DNA of 64,000 nucleotides from a virus: IMG/VR virus record IMGVR_UViG_3300035698_017437, positions 77,961 to 141,960 of that record; one strand, 5' to 3'. Shown piece by piece: positions 7,313 to 15,769 of this stretch (position 1 is its first letter; each line of letters starts with the position of its first letter). The notes under the pieces were generated by a model. It saw only the letters and a program-made list of their open reading frames with translations, ran no database searches and was not told where the DNA came from. The position numbers and the translations under genes were made by a program.

Positions 7313-7516
7313 ATGTTTGAAAAAGAACCTAAAGGATCAATGTTTTTCTATTCTGGAAACACAAACAGAAAAAATAATGAGAATTGGTTCCAGTTCTCAG
7401 GAATTTACCAATTACAGGAAAAAAGGAAAATTGAAGATGTTTTCTGTGACATAATCAAACTCAAAGAAGATGAACTGAAAGAACAAGTTGTCCTCACAAG
7501 CATGAATAAAATATAA
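7313..7516 (+). CDS. Hypothetical protein
   Basis: AGGAG SD before ATG 7313. Confidence 0.6.
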   Translation: MFEKEPKGSMFFYSGNTNRKNNENWFQFSGIYQLQEKRKIEDVFCDIIKLKEDELKEQVVLTSMNKI

Positions 7517-7539
7517 TAATATCTTTGGAGGATATTAAG

Positions 7540-8181
7540 ATGAGTGAAATTTCAATTACAAGAGCTTTAGTGAAAATCAAAACCCTTCGGTCTAAGATAG
7601 AAAAAGGATCAAAGGCAATGGCAGTTTGTTCAGGATATCAAATTCAGGGACAACCAATTATTACAAGAGCTGGTCAAGTAAAAAATGCTGATATTCTTCA
7701 AACAGATATTAGTAAACGATGGCAAGCTGTGAATGATTTGATGGATCTATATATCAAAATTCGAGAGGAGATCCAGAAATCTAATGCCGTTACTTTAGTT
7801 ACAGTTGGAAAAAATAAAATGACCGTAGCAAAAGCCATTTTCATGAAAGAATTAATCTCGGATGAACGAGTTCCCCTTGCCTCTGTTGTTCTGAAAGATA
7901 TCAATAACTCTAAACTACTGGTTCAGAAAAGGATAGAGGATAATGATGAACGACTAACCGAACTTATCAAAAGCTCATTTCAAGGGAAATCAACTAAAAT
8001 CTCTGATTCTGAATTTGAAGCAATTGCCAAACCTTTCAATAAGAATAACAAAGTTGAATTCATTGATCCTTTTGGTATGGAAACAAAAATTGAAAAGGTT
8101 ATTAATCAAAATGAAGAATTCCTTGAGGATATTGATGTTGTGTTAAGTGAATCTAACGCAAAAACAACGATTGAAATATAA
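7540..8181 (+). CDS. Coiled-coil protein, DIP1984/septicolysin-like family (tentative)
   Basis: GGAGG SD; repeated motif SITRAL / IQKSNAVTLV..MTVAKAI / LSESNAKTTIEI. Confidence 0.7.
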   Translation: MSEISITRALVKIKTLRSKIEKGSKAMAVCSGYQIQGQPIITRAGQVKNADILQTDISKRWQAVNDLMDLYIKIREEIQKSNAVTLVTVGKNKMTVAKAIFMKELISDERVPLASVVLKDINNSKLLVQKRIEDNDERLTELIKSSFQGKSTKISDSEFEAIAKPFNKNNKVEFIDPFGMETKIEKVINQNEEFLEDIDVVLSESNAKTTIEI

Positions 8182-8201
8182 GGGGAGTCATATCTAACAG
8201 A

Positions 8202-8209
8202 TATAAATA
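8202..8209 (+). promoter_or_regulatory. T4-type late promoter
   Basis: TATAAATA, 6 nt upstream of the structured RNA. Confidence 0.7.
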
Positions 8210-8215
8210 AGTACA

Positions 8216-8516
8216 TAAAGTATTATATTGAAACTGACTAAAAAGATATTCTCCTCAAATTGGAATAAGAGGTTAACATAAATTCCGCAACTAATTGCCT
8301 CAAACGCAATCTATTGATACAGCCTATAAAGCTGAACCGTTTCTGTAAAGTTTACAAAATCAAAAGATTAATGTTCAACAATTAGCGAGAAAAGTTTATA
8401 CAATTACACCAAGAAAAATTAGAGAATAAAGATTGATTGAATCTTGTGTATGGGTTTAGTAGGAAATTAGAATATCACGTCCTCAGTCAGTACCATCAAG
8501 CTGATAGAATACTTTA
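8216..8516 (+). ncRNA. ~300-nt highly structured ncRNA
   Basis: Nested long-range stems 8216-24/8508-16, 8233-39/8485-91, 8245-52/8469-76; local hairpins; possible pseudoknot; ends in a T-run. Confidence 0.75.
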
Positions 8517-8524
8517 CTTTTTAT

Positions 8525-8601
8525 GGCGCAATAGCCCAATTGGCAGAGGCAATGGTTTTAGAAATCATGTGTTGTAGGTTCAACTCCTACTTGCGCTACC
8601 A
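8525..8601 (+). tRNA. tRNA-Leu(UAG), short variable loop
   Basis: GGCGCAA/TTGCGCT, ATGGT-TT TAG AA-ATCAT, CCA. Confidence 0.9.
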
Positions 8602-8617
8602 TAAATTATAAATAAGA

Positions 8618-8692
8618 GCGTTCTTAGTATAAAGGTTATTATTCTTGGCTTCCACCCAGGAGATGAGGTTTCGAGATCCTCAGAACGCTCCA
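8618..8692 (+). tRNA. tRNA-Gly(UCC)
   Basis: GCGTTCT/AGAACGC, CTTGG-CT TCC AC-CCAGG, CCA; TATAAATA at 8607. Confidence 0.88.
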
Positions 8693-8702
8693 ATAGTTTT
8701 AT

Positions 8703-8770
8703 GTTCCTCAGGAGGCAGAGTCGATGACTTAATCATATTGTCGGAGATTCGAATCCTTCCTGAGGAACCA
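8703..8770 (+). ncRNA. Degenerate mini-tRNA with reduced D-arm and 5-nt anticodon loop
   Basis: TCCTCAG/CTGAGGA + ACCA, TTCGAAT T-loop, ATGA-CTTAA-TCAT hairpin. Confidence 0.5.
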
Positions 8771-8778
8771 AATTTTAT

Positions 8779-8854
8779 AGCGGGATAGAGCAGTTGGTAG
8801 CTTGCCAGCCTCATAAGCTGGAGGTCGGGAGTTCGAATCTCCCTCCCGCCACCA
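8779..8854 (+). tRNA. tRNA-Met(CAU), initiator-like (1:72 mismatch)
   Basis: AGCGGGA/TCCCGCC, CCAGC-CT CAT AA-GCTGG, ACCA. Confidence 0.9.
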
Positions 8855-8877
8855 AATTTTTATTCATAGGATACATT

Positions 8878-9039
8878 ATGAAAGAAGAAAAGACAGTGAA
8901 TAAAGAAAAGAAGCCTTATACCTCTCCTAAACTTGTTATCTTTGGTTCTGTCACAGAACTAACTCAAGGTACAGGTGGATCATGTTATCCTCCTCAACCT
9001 CCTGGCTCTCCAGGTATGCCTTGGGATCCTTGCTCCTAA
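8878..9039 (+). CDS. RiPP precursor-like peptide with a lasso-type leader
   Basis: KKPYTSPKLVIFGSVTELTQ|G matches YxxPxL...G.....T(-2); AGGA SD; true start is ATG 8878. Confidence 0.75.
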   Translation: MKEEKTVNKEKKPYTSPKLVIFGSVTELTQGTGGSCYPPQPPGSPGMPWDPCS

Positions 9040-9096
9040 ATGAAATAAAGTGTATAGCGTAAATGAGAATACCTAATTCAAAATGGAGAATCCAAA

Positions 9097-9702
9097 ATGA
9101 AATATTCAGTAACTAAAAATGGCGAAGCTTTATCTACTAAACTTTATTCCTTTGATGAAAAAACCAGAACATTTTCTTCAAACGAGGAAGGTCTTGTTTT
9201 GGATTTCCATACTTTACATTGCGTTACATTCAATACAGGATCATCTTGTACATTCAATACAGGATCATCTTGTACATTCACTACAGGATCATCTTGTACA
9301 TTCACTACAGAATATAATTGTACATTCAATATAGGATCATATTGTACATTCAACTGTGGATCAGATTGTACATTCAAAACTGGATCATTTTGTACTTTCA
9401 AAACTGGAATATATTGTACATTCAATACAGGATCATCTTGTACATTCAATACAGGATCATCTTGTACATTCAATACAGAATATGATTGTACATTCAATAC
9501 AGGAGCACATTGTATATTCAATACAGGATCCGATAGTGTATTCCTTACAGAATATGATTGTACATTCCTTACTGGGTCTAACGGTGTGATTGTCCGTAGA
9601 GATATTTTAGAAGTTATTCATCTAGAAGCGGATGTACCAATTGTACTGAATGGATATGAAGAAATGGGATACAAAGAGGTAAAGCAGTCAAAAATGAAAT
9701 AA
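9097..9702 (+). CDS. Octapeptide-repeat (FNTGSSCT) beta-solenoid-like protein
   Basis: About 15 tandem 24-bp repeats; paralog at 23758. Confidence 0.8.
   Translation: MKYSVTKNGEALSTKLYSFDEKTRTFSSNEEGLVLDFHTLHCVTFNTGSSCTFNTGSSCTFTTGSSCTFTTEYNCTFNIGSYCTFNCGSDCTFKTGSFCTFKTGIYCTFNTGSSCTFNTGSSCTFNTEYDCTFNTGAHCIFNTGSDSVFLTEYDCTFLTGSNGVIVRRDILEVIHLEADVPIVLNGYEEMGYKEVKQSKMK
9226..9580 (+). repeat. 24-bp coding tandem repeat
   Basis: ACATTCAATACAGGATCATCTTGT consensus. Confidence 0.9.
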
Positions 9703-9716
9703 ATTGTATTTTAGTG

Positions 9717-9793
9717 TTGACTTCTCATTCTATACATGTTATAATTACATATACCGAATGAGAAATACCTAATTCAAAATGGAGATCAAAATG
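9717..9793 (+). promoter_or_regulatory. Promoter/stem-loop/RBS cassette copy
   Basis: TTGACTTCTCATTC...TATAAT...GAATGAGAA...AATTCAAAATGGAG. Confidence 0.85.
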
Positions 9794-10114
9794 AGCAATT
9801 CAATTACAGTAGAACATCCTTCCTTCCGACAATGGTTTTCCGATTGTCAACTCATGTGTGACAAATATAACGCAAAGCAATTTCCCAACCTTGTAAAAAA
9901 CAATGAAATTCCTGACCTTATAATTTCAAATAGGGGCCGAAAATATATCAAAATAATTCTTAGCAATTCTGTATGGGCTTTCATCAACAAAGAAAACGGT
10001 GATATTTTGAAACCTGCTTCTTGGAAAGCTCCTGCCAAAATAGCCAGGGGAAATATATTTGATGAATATAAAGGAATGAAATCAATGAGTCCTTATGGAC
10101 CAGCTTATCTTTAG
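9791..10114 (+). CDS. Conserved phage hypothetical protein (GRKYIKI...GDILKPASWKAPAKIARGNI)
   Basis: Cassette RBS before ATG 9791; motif typical of large-phage early genes. Confidence 0.75.
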   Translation: MSNSITVEHPSFRQWFSDCQLMCDKYNAKQFPNLVKNNEIPDLIISNRGRKYIKIILSNSVWAFINKENGDILKPASWKAPAKIARGNIFDEYKGMKSMSPYGPAYL

Positions 10115-10125
10115 GAGAGAAATAT

Positions 10126-10401
10126 ATGTTAGGTGTAATATTTCCAAACGGAAGAAAATTCAAACTTGAAGTAGCTGAGTATGATATAGCCACTCATAGA
10201 TCTATTATGAGATTTTCTAATATTGTTATTGAAGAGAAAACAGGAAAGGTTATAAAAGATAGGTATCACAATTATATTGAAAATTATCATAATAGTTGGT
10301 GTATAAAGAATTGGCCTAATTTGGAGGATGTTTTAGATTTATCAAATAAAAACATCTTTGAAAATGTGGACAGTAGCTTAATGATGTTGGCAATATACTA
10401 A
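10126..10401 (+). CDS. Hypothetical protein
   Basis: AGGAG SD. Confidence 0.6.
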   Translation: MLGVIFPNGRKFKLEVAEYDIATHRSIMRFSNIVIEEKTGKVIKDRYHNYIENYHNSWCIKNWPNLEDVLDLSNKNIFENVDSSLMMLAIY

Positions 10402-10434
10402 CAAACGTAATTCAATAATAGCTGGAGAGAAGCA

Positions 10435-10602
10435 ATGGAAGATAGAAAAGAGATCCTCTTGAAAGCATCCTATGATATTCTCAAGAAATGTAGTGAGGGA
10501 ATGTATGTTTTTGAAGCTACAGCCAAATGGGATGAGGCTACATATGATGGATATTGTCTCATGGAAGATATTAAGGATGAACTCAACTTGGAAGATGAAT
10601 AA
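10435..10602 (+). CDS. Small acidic hypothetical protein (55 aa, not in the ORF track)
   Basis: GGAG SD, MEDRKEILLKASYDILKKC...; stop overlaps the next ATG. Confidence 0.6.
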   Translation: MEDRKEILLKASYDILKKCSEGMYVFEATAKWDEATYDGYCLMEDIKDELNLEDE

Positions 10603-11264
10603 TGAAAATGAAAAAGAAACTTGTTTATATTTCTAGTAGATATCTCAACGGAAATCAGGCTGAAAATGTAGCTATCCAATTAGATATAGCACATAAGATT
10701 ATGGATCTAGGTGGTATTCCAATTGTTCCTCATTTACATCATTTCCTTCATATCCATAAACAACGTCCTTATGAAGAATGGACGGAAATGATGTTGAGAT
10801 ATATAGATACTGCTGATTGTGTATTTCATGTTCCATGTATATCCTCAAGAGTTGATAAAGAGATTTCTTATGCTAGAAAAAAGGATATTATGGTTTTTCA
10901 TGATATCCTGTACCTTGAGCAATTTCTTCAGAGTCGTACAGGAAGAACGACTAAAATTCTTGAAGATGTCTTGGATATTGCTGATACAACGAAAGATGGT
11001 TTTATGTGTTTTTGTTGTAATACTATTGGTCATAGGAATGTGTTAATCTCTATGGCCAAGAAAATTGCTAGGTCAAAAGGTATCAATTTTCTATTAAAGG
11101 AAAATATTCTGAGAATAGGATCAACTATCATAGTTTTCACTGTTGAATTGCGGACCTTAGATTCCTTCATTCAGCATGCTATGAGAATACCTAAATTTGG
11201 AGTTTGGAAGGATCATTGTAACATGTATGATTGGTTACCTCAGAATGGATGGATAGATAAATAA
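10602..11264 (+). CDS. Nucleoside 2-deoxyribosyltransferase/DUF4406-like N-terminal domain protein
   Basis: VYISSRY...PIVPH...AD.VF...S..VDKEISYA. Confidence 0.55.
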   Translation: MKMKKKLVYISSRYLNGNQAENVAIQLDIAHKIMDLGGIPIVPHLHHFLHIHKQRPYEEWTEMMLRYIDTADCVFHVPCISSRVDKEISYARKKDIMVFHDILYLEQFLQSRTGRTTKILEDVLDIADTTKDGFMCFCCNTIGHRNVLISMAKKIARSKGINFLLKENILRIGSTIIVFTVELRTLDSFIQHAMRIPKFGVWKDHCNMYDWLPQNGWIDK

Positions 11265-11265
11265 T

Positions 11266-11466
11266 ATGAATACAACTACATTAGTGCAAAAGAAAGCTTT
11301 TATCAAAAAGTTATCTGCTCTACTCAAGAGGTCAAAGGTTATCATTGAAATTGATGTTGAGGAAAGTCCTACAATTATGGCAGTTTTTGAGGATGGGACA
11401 GAAACAGAACTTTTAGGTATATTCAATAACAAAACCCTAGATAAATTACTAAAGGACATCAAATGA
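11266..11466 (+). CDS. Hypothetical protein
   Basis: Tightly packed ORF. Confidence 0.55.
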   Translation: MNTTTLVQKKAFIKKLSALLKRSKVIIEIDVEESPTIMAVFEDGTETELLGIFNNKTLDKLLKDIK

Positions 11467-11807
11467 AATCATACGACGAAATAAACGAGGAAACTCCTCT
11501 TGACAGAGCAATGAAGAATATTGGAGTAAAAGTAATCAAGAACCCGAAATATAAAAGTACGATGTCTAAAAATGATTATATTCATCATATTCAAGCTTTA
11601 GATCAAATTACTTCTACACATAAAGATGCCATTCAAATGGTCAATGACAAGAAAACTCTTGATGATACCAGTAGAAAATGGATCACTAAAGCAGTAAATG
11701 CTATTGAAAAATTAGATTCTAAAGATTCCGCTCCTTTTGAGAAACTTATGAAAAAATCCTCTGGAATCAATTTCAAAGAGTTTTTGAAACTGACAAAGAA
11801 AAAGTGA
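11463..11807 (+). CDS. Hypothetical protein, possible internal head protein (MKSYDEINE N-terminus)
   Basis: N-terminus resembles the T4 capsid-targeting sequence. Confidence 0.55.
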   Translation: MKSYDEINEETPLDRAMKNIGVKVIKNPKYKSTMSKNDYIHHIQALDQITSTHKDAIQMVNDKKTLDDTSRKWITKAVNAIEKLDSKDSAPFEKLMKKSSGINFKEFLKLTKKK

Positions 11808-11835
11808 CATATCTTCATTTTTATAAAGAAAATGG

Positions 11836-11913
11836 TTGACTTCTCATTTCTTATATGTTATAATTGTGTATAAGAAATGATAAACACCTAATTCAATATG
11901 GAGATTCATTATG
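11836..11913 (+). promoter_or_regulatory. Promoter/stem-loop/RBS cassette copy with compensatory changes
   Basis: TCATTTCTTATA / TATAAGAAATGA perfect 12-bp inverted repeat around the -10 box. Confidence 0.85.
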
Positions 11914-12795
11914 GGCGGAAACATTTTCCAAAACACTACAACCATCAAAAAAGAAAATATCACTTTCACTGTTGAAGCATATATCCAGGAAATGAGGAAA
12001 ATGTTTTCTTGGTTTCCTGAAACTTCCCTCCTTGGTTCTGCTGGCAAAAAAGATATATCTGGCGATATTGATATGGCTGTGGATATGTCTATCCTTCGTT
12101 CTAACGCTAGGGATACCTTTGGTAATAGTACCATTCAAAAAACCTTTGAAGTGCTCAAGAACCGATCAAGAACATCTTCAGATGAACAATTGGAAGACAA
12201 AGCAATCCTCCAATTGATGGGAGGGATAATTTCTTCAGAAAGTAGTATGATAAAAGTCGATGAGAAAAAGATTGGATTGAATTGTCTTTTTTCTTGTTTT
12301 CCTATTCATGATGAAAATGGAATCACTGAGGAATGGGTCCAAGTTGATTGGCTTGTGGGTAATATTGAGTGGTTGAATTTTTCATATTATTCAGATGTAT
12401 ATGATGAGAATGTTCGGGGGCTCCATAGGACACAACTAATGTTAGCAACATTCAAAGCTTTTGATCTTTCATTTATTCACGGATCAGGAATCAAAAATAG
12501 TAAACATGAATTTCTTGCTTCCACTCCTAGAGAAGCAATTTATCTTTTGAATGGAGTATCTGGAGCAGAATTCAATCAAGATATTCTCTCAAATTTCTTC
12601 CTTCTTTATAATCATATAGAAAAATATCTTTTCACTAAGGATATTCAAAAAATCAAAAATATTTATTTGTCTATTTTAGATAAAACTAGATGTGATATTC
12701 CAGAATGTCTCCAAGATTATTGGTCCTCACATAAAGAAGATCTGAAGTTGACAGGAAAATTTCTCCCTGCTGATTCAAACTTATATCATAATTGA
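11911..12795 (+). CDS. Pol-beta superfamily nucleotidyltransferase-like protein
   Basis: LLGSAGKKDISGDIDMAVD (GS..DxD), third Asp in VQVD. Confidence 0.7.
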   Translation: MGGNIFQNTTTIKKENITFTVEAYIQEMRKMFSWFPETSLLGSAGKKDISGDIDMAVDMSILRSNARDTFGNSTIQKTFEVLKNRSRTSSDEQLEDKAILQLMGGIISSESSMIKVDEKKIGLNCLFSCFPIHDENGITEEWVQVDWLVGNIEWLNFSYYSDVYDENVRGLHRTQLMLATFKAFDLSFIHGSGIKNSKHEFLASTPREAIYLLNGVSGAEFNQDILSNFFLLYNHIEKYLFTKDIQKIKNIYLSILDKTRCDIPECLQDYWSSHKEDLKLTGKFLPADSNLYHN

Positions 12796-12803
12796 TTTTA
12801 CTG

Positions 12804-12868
12804 TTGACTTATCATTCTATACATGTTATAATAGTATACACCTAATTCAAAATGGAGAAAATATTATG
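12804..12868 (+). promoter_or_regulatory. Promoter cassette copy lacking the right arm
   Basis: TTGACT-17-TATAAT...CCTAATTCAAAATGGAG. Confidence 0.8.
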
Positions 12869-13711
12869 AGTGGAGTTTGCGGTTCGCCTAAGATAACAAG
12901 AGAAGATTTCAAATTCATCTATAGAAACTGGATTGATATGATTCGTCAAGAATATGAACCTTTCAAATATTCTTTGCTTACAGGTTCTTACTTTGATGAA
13001 ACAAAACAACTCTTCGGTGATATTGATAATATATTTCTTGTTGAAGGAGATAATAAAAAACAATCCAAACTTGATTTCATTGAATGGCTGAAAACCATTC
13101 CTGAAGGAATTCTTGAACCTTTTGAGAATCCAAAACATCTTGGAAAACTCTGGTACAATTCTGGAGAAATCGTTTCTGTTCGTTTCCAAGGAGCTCAAAT
13201 AGATAATATTTTCGCTTTATCTGAAAATGAAGCTAAATACAAGAAAGCGTTCCTAGATATGGAAGCTCCTAAACAAGGACTAATTCTAGGACTTATCAAG
13301 ACTATTTTGCTTGAACTTCCTGTGAGACAAACATTACATGATATGGCTATTATTGTTGCTCCATTGAATGAAAATTGGGAATATGAATTTAATATTTCTC
13401 CTTGTGAACTTCAATTGAGAAAAGTTCATATGGATTATGTGACAATGAAAACAATCCATAGTGAAATTGTTTGGAGGAGTAAAGATTGGAATTATGTACT
13501 AGGGCTCCTAAAGGATTATGCTATTCAAAATAAATCTTTTGAATCTCTTTTGACTCTTTCCGGAGACTTGATAAAAAAGGAAAGAAGCCGTAAAAGAATC
13601 ATAGGACTGTTTCAAGCAATGATCACCATTAAAAGTGGTGAGGTTGGAACACCTAAAGGACAACGCAAAACAGATACTCTACAAATGATCAAGGATAAAT
13701 TTGAAAAATAA
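12866..13711 (+). CDS. Second Pol-beta-type nucleotidyltransferase-like protein
   Basis: LTGSY......FGDID, AQIDNIF. Confidence 0.65.
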   Translation: MSGVCGSPKITREDFKFIYRNWIDMIRQEYEPFKYSLLTGSYFDETKQLFGDIDNIFLVEGDNKKQSKLDFIEWLKTIPEGILEPFENPKHLGKLWYNSGEIVSVRFQGAQIDNIFALSENEAKYKKAFLDMEAPKQGLILGLIKTILLELPVRQTLHDMAIIVAPLNENWEYEFNISPCELQLRKVHMDYVTMKTIHSEIVWRSKDWNYVLGLLKDYAIQNKSFESLLTLSGDLIKKERSRKRIIGLFQAMITIKSGEVGTPKGQRKTDTLQMIKDKFEK

Positions 13712-14186
13712 AATAGGAATTTATTTAGGAAGGTTTCAGCCTCCTACAAAAGCACATTTAGCAATAATCAAACAAATGTCTGGTGATGGTCCAGGAACAG
13801 TTTATATTGTAGAAGGTAAGAAATCTAATCCTAAAAAGAATCCATGGACAGGAAAAGAAAGAAAAGATCTTCTGAAAAAGATGTTGCCATCAAATATCAA
13901 AGTTGAAATAGTTCCAACAGGTTTCTATCCAGGTATATGTAACAAATCCAAACATAATGATTTTGCTTTGTATTGCGGTTCTGATAGAATTGCTACATAT
14001 GAAAAACAAGAACAATATCTAGAACCTGGTAAAACCATTAGCTATAGAGAGGTAAAGCGAACTGATGAAGATATAAGTGCTACAAGACTTAGAAGAGCAC
14101 TCCAGAGTGATAATGAAAAAGTGTTCAGAGAAATGGCTCCTAAAGAAATATGGGACCAATATGAAACAATGAAGGGTAAATACTAG
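13701..14186 (+). CDS. HIGH-family nucleotidyl(cytidylyl/adenylyl)transferase
   Basis: GRFQPPTKAH, KNP, GSDR, ISATRLR. Confidence 0.85.
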   Translation: MKNKIGIYLGRFQPPTKAHLAIIKQMSGDGPGTVYIVEGKKSNPKKNPWTGKERKDLLKKMLPSNIKVEIVPTGFYPGICNKSKHNDFALYCGSDRIATYEKQEQYLEPGKTISYREVKRTDEDISATRLRRALQSDNEKVFREMAPKEIWDQYETMKGKY

Positions 14187-14199
14187 GACTAGGACTAAC

Positions 14200-15462
14200 A
14201 TGAAAAATTATATTGAAGTAAACAAAGAACATGAAAAGGCTATTCAGGAATCCCTATTTGAATCTCAAGGATATGGACAATATGAATGTGGCGCCATTGA
14301 AAATTTAGATGAAGCTTTGATCACTTTTGGCAAATCTGCTTATCCTAGAGGTGGTCACGTGGTTATACTTGCTGGTGGGGCATCTTCCGGAAAAGGATTT
14401 ATTACAGATAAACTTCTTGGTATTGAAGGGAAAACTTTTGATGTTGATATATTGAAACAGCTTGCCGCAGGTCATTCTAAATTTAGAGGAGTATTAGAAG
14501 ATTCATTCAAAGATTTAATTAATGCTGGGGAAATTGATAAAATGCCAGATATTAACAAAATCTTGACTGATCCTAATGCTTTGCGAGATCCAGATAATGT
14601 TCACGCTTTTCATCTGGCATTGGAGAAAACCCAATGGTCAGATAAAATTCAAAAAAATGTTTTCAAGAATATTGCCGGAAAGAAAGTTGAAGATAAAATC
14701 AATCTTATTTTTGATGTTACTTTAGCAAATATCTCAAAATTGAAATCTATTACATATGATATAAATCTTCTTGGTTATCCTAAAGAAAATATTCATATCG
14801 TTTGGATTGTCAATGATGTGGAAATTGCTAAAGTTCAAAACTCAAAAAGAGATAGAGTTGTTCCTGAGGATATCCTAGTTGATACACATAAAGGTGCTTC
14901 TAGAACAATGTCAGATATTATTGGAATGGGGACTAAACTCAGAAAATATATGGATGGAGCAATCTATATTGCTTTCAATAAAATTGGTGTTGATGCGGAT
15001 GTTGAATTCGGTGATAGAACTAAATGGACAAAAGAAACTTTAGTTGTTGTCAATAAATCAAATTATGTTCGTATCAAAGATCAAGGAAAACCTATCAAAG
15101 CTGACCAAATAGGTAGATCTATAATATCAAAAGTAAAACGATATGTTCCTAGAGATACTTTTTTTGTTCCTAAGCAAAAAGGAAAGGGATCCAAGAAGAT
15201 GAAAGATTTTTCAAAGAAGAAAAAAGTTAATAAAGGAGATTGTATGGAAATTTTATTGAAATTTAATACGAAGGATAAAGAGATTATCCTCACCAAAGAA
15301 GAAGCAAAAACACTCTATAATGAATTGAAAGAAATTTTTGAGGCAAAGATAACCGCTCCTTCTTTTCCGTATACTGGTATAAGAAAAATTTCTGAACCTC
15401 TAGAAACTAATCCTTATTCTTTTCCATATCTTGATGATGTACCACCCCGGATAATATACTAG
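14200..15462 (+). CDS. P-loop kinase (AAA_33/zeta-like); the last ~72 aa are probably a separately initiated ORF (ATG 15244)
   Basis: ILAGGASSGKG Walker A, IFDVT Walker B, N.KRDRVVP lid; internal AAGGAG SD before MEILLKF. Confidence 0.75.
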   Translation: MKNYIEVNKEHEKAIQESLFESQGYGQYECGAIENLDEALITFGKSAYPRGGHVVILAGGASSGKGFITDKLLGIEGKTFDVDILKQLAAGHSKFRGVLEDSFKDLINAGEIDKMPDINKILTDPNALRDPDNVHAFHLALEKTQWSDKIQKNVFKNIAGKKVEDKINLIFDVTLANISKLKSITYDINLLGYPKENIHIVWIVNDVEIAKVQNSKRDRVVPEDILVDTHKGASRTMSDIIGMGTKLRKYMDGAIYIAFNKIGVDADVEFGDRTKWTKETLVVVNKSNYVRIKDQGKPIKADQIGRSIISKVKRYVPRDTFFVPKQKGKGSKKMKDFSKKKKVNKGDCMEILLKFNTKDKEIILTKEEAKTLYNELKEIFEAKITAPSFPYTGIRKISEPLETNPYSFPYLDDVPPRIIY

Positions 15463-15496
15463 ACATATATTCAACCAATAGGCATGAAACATAATC

Positions 15497-15769
15497 ATGA
15501 AGAATATGAAACGAGCAGAAAGACGAGGACATTATAATAGATTGAAAAGAAATCGTAAGAATTATTATGGAAGGGGTTTGGAAGGAAGTACTCCTATGTC
15601 AGAAGGTCAATTAGGTTGTACTGTCAATACTCCAACTCCTTGCTCTTGTTCTATGTGTACTAATGGAAGGAGAAATTCTTGGAATAACTCAAAAGAGAAA
15701 TTAACCTTACAAGAACAGAAACAGCTTTTTGAATCTAAGGAAGAATTAGAGACAGAACATTATGAGTAA
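15497..15769 (+). CDS. Basic hypothetical protein with CSCSMCxNxRR motif
   Basis: 90-aa ORF. Confidence 0.65.
   Translation: MKNMKRAERRGHYNRLKRNRKNYYGRGLEGSTPMSEGQLGCTVNTPTPCSCSMCTNGRRNSWNNSKEKLTLQEQKQLFESKEELETEHYE

Noticed and set aside
9226-9580. CRISPR array or DGR template from the 24-bp repeats (also 23890-24175)
   Set aside because: Repeats are contiguous with no unique spacers and are in-frame coding units; no reverse transcriptase or cas operon is in the window
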